Source: the human T2T-CHM13v2.0 reference genome, Homo sapiens. From it: DNA of 64,000 nt. The stretch's first letter is position 1, and each line of letters begins with the position of its first letter. Shown here piece by piece: positions 1-10,800 of this stretch. Both the position numbers and the translations under genes were made by a program. Location: the NCBI RefSeq assembly GCF_009914755.1, contig NC_060936.1; one strand, given 5' to 3'. The notes beneath the pieces are model-generated. The model had not been told where the DNA came from. It did not search any database and worked only from the letters and a program-made list of their open reading frames with translations.

Positions 1-1358
1 CTGTCTAGTTTTTATACGAAGATGTTTCCTTTTCTACCTTTGGTCTCAAAGCGATTGAAATCTCCACATGGAAACTCCTCAAAAAGAGTGTTTCAAATCT
101 GCTCTTTCTGAAGGAAGGTTCAACTCTGTGAGTTGAATACACACACCACAAATAAGTTACTGAGAATTCTTCTGTGTAACATTATATGAGGAAATCCCGT
201 TTCCAACGAAGGCCTCAAAGAGGTCCAAATATCCACTTGCAGACTTTACAAAGACAGTGTCTCCAAACTCCTCCATCAAAAGAAAGGTTATACTCTGTGA
301 ATTGAACGCACACATCACAAAGTAGTTTCTGAGAATGATTCTGTCTAGTTTTTATACGAAGATATTTCCTTTTCTACATTTGGCCTAAAAGCGCTTGAAA
401 TCTCCACCTGCAAATATCACAAAAAGAGGGTTTCACATCTGCTCTGTCTAAAGGACAGTTCACCTCTGTGAGTTGAATAGAGGCAACACAAAGAACTTAC
501 TCAGTATTCTTCTTTCTAGCGTTCTATGAAGAAATCCCGTTTCCAACGAAGGCCTCAAAGAGGTCAAATATCTGCTTGCAGACTTTACAGACAGAGTGTT
601 TCCAAACTACTCTATGAAAAGAAAGCTTAAACTCCTTGAGTTGAACGCACACATCACAAAGTAGTTTCTGAGAATGATTCTGTCTAGTTTTTATACGAAG
701 ATGTTTCCTTTTCTACATTTGGTCTCAAAGCTCTTGAAATCTCCAACTGGAAACTGCACAAATAGGCTGTTTCAAATCTGCTCTGTCTAAAGGAAGGTTC
801 AACTCTGTGAGTTGAATACACACACCACAAATAAGTTACTGAGAATTCTTCTGTCGAACATTACTTGAAGAAATCCCGTTTCCAACGAAGGCCTCAAAGA
901 GGTCCAAATATCCACTTGCAGACGTTACAAACAGAGTGTTTCCAAACTGCTCCATCAAAAGAAAGGTTAAACTCTGTGAGCTGAACACACACATCAAAAA
1001 GAAGTTTCTGTGAATGATTCTGTCTAGATTTTATAAGAAGATGTTTCCTTTTCTACCGTAGGCCTCAAAGCGCTTGAAATCTCCAGCTGCAAATTCCACA
1101 AAAAGGGTGTTTAACATCTGCTCTTCTAAAGGAAAGTTCAACTCTATGAGTTGAATACACACAGCACAAAGAAGTTACTGAGACTTCTCCTATCAAACAT
1201 TATATGAAGAAATCCCGTTTCCAACGAAGGCCTCAAAGAGGTCCAAATATCTGCTTGCAGACTTTACAGACAGAGTGTTTCCAAACTGCTCCATCAAAAG
1301 AAAGGTTAAACTCCTTGAGTTGAACACACACATCACAAAGTAGTTTCTGTGAATGATT
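1..1358 (-). repeat. Canonical 8-mer HOR unit (dimers A-B-C-D), reference copy
   Basis: A (1-340) is marked by ccacatgg, ctgtgtaac and gttatactc. B (341-679) by ggcctaaaag, ccacctgc and aagctt. C (680-1019) by ccaactgg, ctgtcgaac and gagctgaac. D (1020-1358) by tctaga, accgtagg and cagctg. The same order recurs at 2039, 3737, 5095, 6453, 7810, 11206 and many later positions. Confidence 0.95.
195..211 (-). promoter_or_regulatory. CENP-B box (17 bp); representative of ~188 copies, one per ~340-bp dimer
   Basis: The + strand reads tcccgtttccaacgaag, whose reverse complement CTTCGTTGGAAACGGGA is the canonical box matching NTTCGNNNNANNCGGGN. It recurs at ~340-bp spacing throughout the window. Confidence 0.97.
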
Positions 1359-2038
1359 CTGTCTAGTTTTTATACGAAGATGTTTCCTTTTCTACCTTTG
1401 GTCTCAAAGCGATTGAAATCTCCACATGGAAACTCCACAAAAAGAGTGTTTCAAATCTGCTCTTTCTGAAGGAAGGTTCAACTCTGTGAGTTGAATACAC
1501 ACACCACAAATAAGTTACTGAGAATTCTTCTGTGTAACATTATATGAGGAAATCCCGTTTCCAACGAAGGCCTCAAAGAGGTCCAAATATCCACTTGCAG
1601 ACTTTACAAAGACAGTGTCTCCAAACTCCTCCATCAAAAGAAAGGTTATACTCTGTGAATTGAACGCATACATCACAAAGTAGTTTCTGAGAATGATTCT
1701 GTCTAGTTTTTATACGAAGATATTTCCTTTTCTACATTTGGCCTAAAAGCGCTTGAAATCTCCACCTGCAAATATCACAAGAAGAGGGTTTCACATCTGC
1801 TCTGTCTAAAGGACAGTTCACCTCTGTGAGTTGAATAGAGGCAACACAAAGAACTTACTCAGTATTCTTCTTTCTAGCATTCTATGAAGAAATCCCGTTT
1901 CCAACGAAGGCCTCAAAGAGGTCCAAATATCTGCTTGCAGACTTTACAGACAGAGTTTTTCCAAACTGCTCCATCAAAAGAAAGGTTAAACTCCTTGAGT
2001 TGAACACACACATCACAAAGTAGTTTCTGTGAATGATT
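1359..2038 (-). repeat. 4-mer HOR structural variant A-B' (680 bp), where B' is a B/D hybrid dimer
   Basis: B' starts as B (ggcctaaaag...ttctttctagc) but ends as D (ggtccaaat, ctgctccatc, aggttaaactccttg, tgtgaatg), with a diagnostic 'gagttttt'. A-B' also starts at 9168, 12563, 14601, 17996, 20713, 22751, 35991, 38708, 39388, 42105, 44143, 46860, 48898, 51615, 52295, 54333, 57050, 57730 and 61805. Confidence 0.9.
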
Positions 2039-5000
2039 CTGTCTAGTTTTTATACGAAGATGTTTCCTTTTCTACCTTTGGTCTCAAAGCGATTGAAATC
2101 TCCACATGGAAACTCCACAAAAAGAGTGTTTCAAATCTGCTCTTTCTGAAGGAAGGTTCAACTCTGTGAGTTGAATACACACACCACAAATAAGTCACTG
2201 AGAATTCTTCTGTGTAACATTATATGAGGAAATCCCGTTTCCAACGAAGGCCTCAAAGAGGTCCAAATATCCACTTGCAGACTTTACAAAGACAGTGTCT
2301 CCAAACTCCTCCATCAAAAGAAAGGTTATACTCTGTGAATTGAACGCACACATCACAAAGTAGTTTCTGAGAATGATTCTGTCTAGTTTTTATACGAAGA
2401 TATTTCCTTTTCTACATTTGGCCTAAAAGCGCTTGAAATCTCCACCTGCAAATATCACAAAAAGAGGGTTTCACATCTGCTCTGTCTAAAGGACAGTTCA
2501 CCTCTGTGAGTTGAATAGAGGCAACACAAAGAACTTACTCAGTATTCTTCTTTCTAGCGTTCTATGAAGAAATCCCGTTTCCAACGAAGGCCTCAAAGAG
2601 GTCAAATATCTGCTTGCAGACTTTACAGACAGAGTGTTTCCAAACTACTCTATGAAAAGAAAGCTTAAACTCCTTGAGTTGAACGCACACATCACAAAGT
2701 AGTTTCTGAGAATGATTCTGTCTAGTTTTTATACGAAGATGTTTCCTTTTCTACATTTGGTCTCAAAGCGATTGAAATCTCCAACTGGAAACTGCACAAA
2801 TAGGCTGTTTCAAATCTGCTCTGTCTAAAGGAAGGTTCAGCTCTGTGAGTTGAATACACACACCACAAATAAGTTACTGAGAATTCTTCTGTCGAACATT
2901 ACAGGAAGAAATCCCGTTTCCAATGAAGGCCTCAAAGAGGTCCAAATATCCACTTGCGGACATTACAAACAGTGTGTTTCCCAACTGCTCCATCAAAAGA
3001 AAGGTTAAACTCTGTGAGCTGAACACACACATCAAAAAGAAGTTTCTGTGAATGATTCTGTCTAGATTTTATAAGAAGATGTTTCCTTTTCTACCGTAGG
3101 CCTCAAAGCGCTTGAAATCTCCAGCTGCAAATTCCACAAAAAGGGTGTTTAACATCTGCTCTTCTAAAGGAAAGTTCAACTCTATGAGTTCAATACACAC
3201 AGCACAAAGAAGTTACTGAGACTTCTCCTATCAAACATTATATGAAGAAATCCCGTTTCCAACGAAGGCCTCAAAGAGGTCCAAATATCTGCTTGCAGAC
3301 TTTACAGACAGAGTGTTTCCAAACTGCTCCATCAAAAGAAAGGTGAAACTCCTTGAGTTGAACACACACATCACAAAGTAGTTTCTGTGAATGATTCTGT
3401 CTAGTTTTTATACGAAGATATTTCCTTTTCTACATTTGGCCTAAAAGCGCTTGAAATCTCCACCTGCAAATATCACAAAAAGAGGGTTTCACATCTGCTC
3501 TGTCTAAAGGACAGTTCACCTCTGTGAGTTGAATAGAGGCAACACAAGGAACTTACTCAGTATTCTTCTTTCTAGCATTCTATGAAGAAATCCCGTTTCC
3601 AACGAAGGCCCCAAAGAGATCCAAATATCTGCTTGCAGACTTTACAGACAGAGTTTTTCCAAACTGCTCCATCAAAAGAAAGGTTAAACTCCTTGAGTTG
3701 AACACACACATCACAAAGTAGTTTCTGTGAATGATTCTGTCTAGTTTTTATAAGAAGATGTTTCCTTTTCTACCTTTGGTCTCAATGCGATTGAAATCTC
3801 CACATGGAAACTCCTCAAAAAGAGTGTTTCAAATCTGCTCTTTCTGAAGGAAGGTTCAACTCTGTGAGTTGAATACACACACCACAAATAAGTTACTGAG
3901 AATTCTTCTGTGTAACATTATATGAGGAAATCCCGTTTCCATCGAAGGCCTCAGAGATGTCCAAATATCCACTTGCAGACTTTACAAAGACAGTGTCTCC
4001 AAACTCCTCCATCAAAAGAAAGGTTATACTCTGTGAATTGAACGCACACATCACAAAGTAGTTTCTGAGAATGATTCTGTCTAGTTTTTATACGAAGATA
4101 TTTCCTTTTCTACATTTGGCCTAAAAGCGCTTGAAATCTCCACCTGCAAATATCACAAAAAGAGGGTTTCACATCTGCTCTGTCTAAAGGACAGTTCACC
4201 TCTGTGAGTTGAATAGAGGCAACACAAAGAACTTACTCAGTATTCTTCTTTCTAGCATTCTATGAAGAAATCCCGTTTCCAACGAAGGCCTCAAAGAGGT
4301 CAAATATCTGCTTGCAGACTTTACAGACAGAGTGTTTCCAAACTACTCTATGAAAAGAAAGCTTAAACTCCTTGAGTTGAACGCACACATCACAAAGTAG
4401 TTTCTGAGAATGATTCTGTCTAGTTTTTATACGAAGATGTTTCCTTTTCTACATTTGGTCTGAAAGCGATTGAAATCTCCAACTGGAAACTGCACAAATA
4501 GGCTGTTTCAAATCTGCTCTGTCTAAAGGAAGGTTCAGCTCTGTGAGTTGAATACACACACCACAAATAAGTTACTGAGAATTCTTCTGTCGAACATTAC
4601 AGGAAGAAATCCCGTTTCCAATGAAGGCCTCAAAGAGGTCCAAATATCCACTTGCGGACATTACAAACAGTGTGTTTCCCAACTGCTCCATCAAAAGAAA
4701 GGTTAAACTCTGTGAGCTGAACACACACATCAAAAAGAAGTTTCTGTGAATGATTCTGTCTAGATTTTATAAGAAGATGTTTCCTTTTCTACCGTAGGCC
4801 TCAAAGCGCTTGAAATCTCCAGCTGCAAATTCCACAAAAAGGGTGTTTAACATCTGCTCTTCTAAAGGAAAGTTCAACTCTATGAGTTCAATACACACAG
4901 CACAAAGAAGTTACTGAGACTTCTCCTATCAAACATTATATGAAGAAATCCCGTTTCCAACGAAGGCCTCAAAGAGGTCCAAATATCTGCTTGCAGACTT

Positions 5001-7889
5001 TACAGACAGAGTGTTTCCAAACTGCTCCATCAAAAGAAAGGTGAAACTCCTTGAGTTGAACACACACATCACAAAGTAGTTTCTGTGAATGATTCTGTCT
5101 AGTTTTTATACGAAGATGTTTCCTTTTCTACCTTTGGTCTCAAAGCGATTGAAATCTCCACATGGAAACTCCACAAAAAGAGTGTTTCAAATCTGCTCTT
5201 TCTGAAGGAAGGTTCAACTCTGTGAGTTGAATACGCACACCACAAATAAGTTACTGAGAATTCTTCTGTGTAACATTATATGAGGAAATCCCGTTTCCAA
5301 CGAAGGCCTCAAAGAGGTCCAAATATCCACTTGCAGACTTTACAAAGACAGTGTCTCCAAACTCCTCCATCAAAAGAAAGGTTATACTCTGTGAATTGAA
5401 CGCACACATCACAAAGTAGTTTCTGAGAATGATTCTGTCTAGTTTTTATACGAAGATATTTCCTTTTCTACATTTGGCCTAAAAGCGCTTGAAATCTCCA
5501 CCTGCAAATATCACAAAAAGAGGGTTTCACATCTGCTCTGTCTAAAGGACAGTTCACCTCTGTGAGTTGAATAGAGGCAACACAAAGAACTTACTCAGTA
5601 TTCTTCTTTCTAGCGTTCTATGAAGAAATCCCGTTTCCAACGAAGGCCTCAAAGAGGTCAAATATCTGCTTGCAGACTTTACAGACAGAGTGTTTCCAAA
5701 CTACTCTATGAAAAGAAAGCTTAAACTCCTTGAGTTGAACGCACACATCACAAAGTAGTTTCTGAGAATGATTCTGTCTAGTTTTTATACGAAGATGTTT
5801 CCTTTTCTACATTTGGTCTCAAAGCGATTGAAATCTCCAACTGGAAACTGCACAAATAGGGTGTTTCAAATCTGCTCTGTCTAAAGGAAGGTTCAACTCT
5901 GTGAGTTGAATACACACACCACAAATAAGTTACTGAGAATTCTTCTGTCGAACATTACTTGAAGAAATCCCGTTTCCAACGAAGGCCTCAAAGAAGTCCA
6001 AATATCCACTTGCAGACATTACAAACAGAGTGTTTCCAAACTGCTCCATCAAAAGAAAGGTTAAACTCTGTGAGCTGAACACACACATCAAAAAGAAGTT
6101 TCTGTGAATGATTCTGTCTAGATTTTATAAGAAGATGTTTCCTTTTCTACCGTAGGCCTCAAAGCGCTTGAAATCTCCAGCTGCAAATTCCACAAAAAGG
6201 GTGTTTAACATCTGCTCTTCTAAAGGAAAGTTCAACTCTATGAGTTGAATACACACAGCACAAAGAAGTTACTGAGACTTCTCCTATCAAACATTATATG
6301 AAGAAATCCCGTTTTCAACGAAGGCCTCAAAGAGGTCCAAATATCTGCTTGCAGACTTTACAGACAGAGTGTTTCCAAACTGCTCCATCAAAAGAAAGGT
6401 TAAACTCCTTGAGTTGAACACACACATCACAAAGTAGTTTCTGTGAATGATTCTGTCTAGTTTTTATACGAAGATGTTTCCTTTTCTACCTTTGGTCTCA
6501 AAGCGATTGAAATCTCCACATGGAAACTCCACCAAAAGAGTGTTTCAAATCTGCTCTTTCTGAAGGAAGGTTCAACTCTGTGAGTTGAATACAGACACCA
6601 CGAATAAGTTACTGAGAAGTCTTCTGTGTAACATTATATGAGGAAATCCCGTTTCCAACGAAGGCCTCAAAGAGGTCCAAATATCTACTTGCAGACTTTA
6701 CAAAGACAGTGTCTCCAAACTCCTCCATCAAAAGAAAGGTTATACTCTGTGAATTGAACGCACACATCACAAAGTAGTTTCTGAGAATGATTCTGTCTAG
6801 TTTTTATACGAAGATATTTCCTTTTCTACATTTGGCCTAAAAGCGCTTGAAATCTCCACCTGCAAATATCACAAAAAGAGGGTTTCACATCTGCTCTGTC
6901 TAAAGGACAGTTCACCTCTGTGAGTTGAATAGAGGCAACACAAAGAACTTACTCAGTATTCTTCTTTCTAGCGTTCTATGAAGAAATCCCGTTTCCAACG
7001 AAGGCCTCAAAGAGGTCAAATATCTGCTTGCAGACTTTACAGACAGAGTGTTTCCAAACTACTCTATGAAAAGAAAGCTTAAACTCCTTGAGTTGAACGC
7101 ACACATCACAAAGTAGTTTCTGAGAATGATTCTGTCTAGTTTTTATACGAAGATGTTTCCTTTTCTACATTTGGTCTCAAAGCGATTGAAATCTCCAACT
7201 GGAAACTGCACAAATAGGCTGTTTCAAATCTGCTCTGTCTAAAGGAAGGTTCAGCTCTGTGTGTTGAATACACACACCACAAATAAGTTACTGAGAATTC
7301 TTCTGTCGAACATTACAGGAAGAAATCCCGTTTCCAACGAAGGCCTCAAAGAGGTCCAAATATCCACTTGCGGACGTTACAAACAGTGTGTTTCCCAACT
7401 GCTCCATCAAAAGAAAGGTTAAACTCTGTGAGCTGAACACACACATCAAAAAGAAGTTTCTGTGAATGATTCTGTCTAGATTTTATAAGAAGATGTTCCT
7501 TTTCTACCGTAGGCCTCAAAGCGCTTGAAATCTCCAGCTGCAAATTCCACAAAAAGGGTGTTTAACATCTGCTCTTCTAAAGGAAAGTTCAACTCTATGA
7601 GTTGAATACACACAGCACAAAGAAGTTACTGAGACTTCTCCTATCAAACATTATATGAAGAAATCCCGTTTCCAACGAAGGCCTCAAAGAGGTCCAAATA
7701 TCTGCTTGCAGACTTTACAGACAGAGTGTTTCCAAACTGCTCCATCAAAAGAAAGGTTAAACTCCTTGAGTTGGACACACACATCACAAAGTAGTTTCTG
7801 TGAATGATTCTGTCTAGTTTTTATACGAAGATGTTTCCTTTTCTACCTTTGGTCTCAAAGCGATTGAAATCTCCACATGGAAACTCCAC

Positions 7890-10800
7890 AAAAAGAGTGT
7901 TTCAAATCTGCTCTTTCTGAAGGAAGGTTCAACTCTGTGAGTTGAATACACACACCACAAATAAGTTACTGAGAATTCTTCTGTGTAACATTATATGAGG
8001 AAATCCCGTTTCCAACGAAGGCCTCAAAGAGGTCCAAATATCCACTTGCAGACTTTACAAAGACAGTGTCTCCAAACTCCTCCATCAAAAGAAAGGTTAT
8101 ACTCTGTGAATTGAACGCACACATCACAAAGTAGTTTCTGAGAATGATTCTGTCTAGTTTTTATACGAAGATATTTCCTTTTCTACATTTGGCCTAAAAG
8201 CGCTTGAAATCTCCACCGGCAAATATCACAAAAAGAGGGTTTCACATCTGCTCTGTCTAAAGGACAGTTCACCTCTGTGAGTTGAATAGAGGCAACACAA
8301 AGAACTTACTCAGTATTCTTCTTTCTAGCGTTCTATGAAGAAATCCCGTTTCCAACGAAGGCCTCAAAGAGGTCAAATATCTGCTTGCAGACTTTACAGA
8401 CAGAGTGTTTCCAAACTACTCTATGAAAAGAAAGCTTAAACTCCTTGAGTTGAACGCACACATCACAAAGTAGTTTCTGAGAATGATTCTGTCTAGTTTT
8501 TATACGAAGATGTTTCCTTTTCTACATTTGGTCTCAAAGCGATTGAAATCTCCAACTGGAAACTGCACAAATAGGCTGTTTCAAATCTGCTCTGTCTAAA
8601 GGAAGGTTCAGCTCTGTGAGTTGAATACACACACCACAAATAAGTTACTGAGAATTCTTCTGTCGAACATTACAGGAAGAAATCCCGTTTCCAACGAAGG
8701 CCTCAAAGAGCTCCAAATATCCACTTGCAGACATTACAAACAGTGTGTTTCCCAACTGCTCCATCAAAAGAAAGGTTAAACTCTGTGAGCTGAACACACA
8801 CATCAAAAAGAAGTTTCTGTGAATGATTCTGTCTAGATTTTATAAGAAGATGTTTCCTTTTCTACCGTAGGCCTCAAAGCGCTTGAAATCTCCAGCTGCA
8901 AATTCCACAAAAAGGGTGTTTAACATCTGCTCTTCTAAAGGAAAGTTCAACTCTATGAGTTGAATACACACAGCACAAAGAAGTTACTGAGACTTCTCCT
9001 ATCAAACATTATATGAAGAAATCCCGTTTCCAACGAAGGCCTCAAAGAGGTCCAAATATCTGCTTGCAGACTTTACAGACAGAGTGTTTCCAAACTGCTC
9101 CATCAAAAGAAAGGTTAAACTCCTTGAGTTGAACACACACATCACAAAGTAGTTTCTGTGAATGATTCTGTCTAGTTTTTATACGAAGATGTTTCCTTTT
9201 CTACCTTTGGTCTCAAAGCGATTGAAATCTCCACATGGAAACTCCACAAAAAGAGTGTTTCAAATCTGCTCTTTCTGAAGGAAGGTTCAACTCTGTGAGT
9301 TGAATACACACACCACAAATAAGTTACTGAGAATTCTTCTGTGTAACATTATATGAGGAAATCCCGTTTCCAACGAAGGCCTCAAAGAGGTCCAAATATC
9401 CACTTGCAGACTTTACAAAGACAGTGTCTCCAAACTCCTCCATCAAAAGAAAGGTTATACTCTGTGAATTGAACGCACACATCACAAAGTAGTTTCTGAG
9501 AATGATTCTGTCTAGTTTTTATACGAAGATATTTCCTTTTCTACATTTGGCCTAAAAGCGCTTGAAATCTCCACCTGCAAATATCACAAAAAGAGGGTTT
9601 CACATCTGCTCTGTCTAAAGGACAGTTCACCTCTGTGAGTTGAATAGAGGCAACACAAAGAACTTACTCAGTATTCTTCTTTCTAGCATTCTATGAAGAA
9701 ATCCCGTTTCCAACGAAGGCCCCAAAGAGGTCCAAATATCTGCTTGCAGACTTTACAGACAGAGTTTTTCCAAACTGCTCCATCAAAAGAAAGGTTAAAC
9801 TCCTTGAGTTGAACACACACATCACAAAGTAGTTTCTGTGAATGATTCTGTCTAGTTTTTATAAGAAGATGTTTCCTTTTCTACCTTTGGTCTCAAAGCG
9901 ATTGAAATCTCCACATGGAAACTCCTCAAAAAGAGTGTTTCAAATCTGCTCTTTCTGAAGGAAGGTTCAACTCTGTGAGTTGAATACACACACCACAAAT
10001 AAGTTACTGAGAATTCTTCTGTGTAACATTATATGAGGAAATCCCGTTTCCAACGAAGGCCTCAAAGAGGTCCAAATATCCACTTGCGGACATTACAAAC
10101 AGTGTGTTTCCCAACTGCTCCATCAAAAGAAAGGTTAAACTCTGTGAGCTGAACACACACATCAAAAAGAAGTTTCTGTGAATGATTCTGTCTAGATTTT
10201 ATAAGAAGATGTTTCCTTTTCTACCGTAGGCCTCAAAGCGCTTGAAATCTCCAGCTGCAAATTCCACAAAAAGGGTGTTTAACATCTGCTCTTCTAAAGG
10301 AAAGTTCAACTCTATGAGTTGAATACACACAGCACAAAGAAGTTACTGAGACTTCTCCTATCAAACATTATATGAAGAAATCCCGTTTCCAACGAAGGCC
10401 TCAAAGAGGTCCAAATGTCTGCTTGCAGACTTTACAGACAGAGTGTTTCCAAACTGCTCCATCAAAAGAAAGGTTAAACTCCTTGAGTTGAACACACACA
10501 TCACAAAGTAGTTTCTGAGAATGATTCTGTCTAGTTTTTATACGAAGATGTTTCCTTTTCTACATTTGGTCTCAAAGCGATTGAAATCTCCAACTGGAAA
10601 CTGCACAAATAGGCTGTTTCAAATCTGCTCTGTCTAAAGGAAGGTTCAGCTCTGTGAGTTGAATACACACACCACAAATAAGTTACTGAGAATTCTTCTG
10701 TCGAACATTACAGGAAGAAATCCCGTTTCCAACGAAGGCCTCAAAGAGCTCCAAATATCCACTTGCAGACATTACAAACAGTGTGTTTCCCAACTGCTCC

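Noticed and set aside
119-138. Short dyad ttcaactc-tgt-gagttgaa as a possible terminator or hairpin
   Set aside because: It is a standard dyad of the alphoid consensus, present in most dimers. Nothing supports a distinct function here.
3931-3947. CENP-B box variants ccaTcgaag (3942, 23636, 25334, 30765, 62690) and gtttTcaacg (6315, 27707, 33138) as broken boxes
   Set aside because: The changes fall at non-essential N positions of NTTCGNNNNANNCGGGN, so the boxes are predicted to remain functional.
7346-7552. 68-aa minus-strand ORF, also at 28738-28944 and 34169-34375
   Set aside because: It lies wholly within alpha satellite and is open only because of a 1-bp deletion (gatgttcc) copied by duplication. 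It has no domain or gene context.
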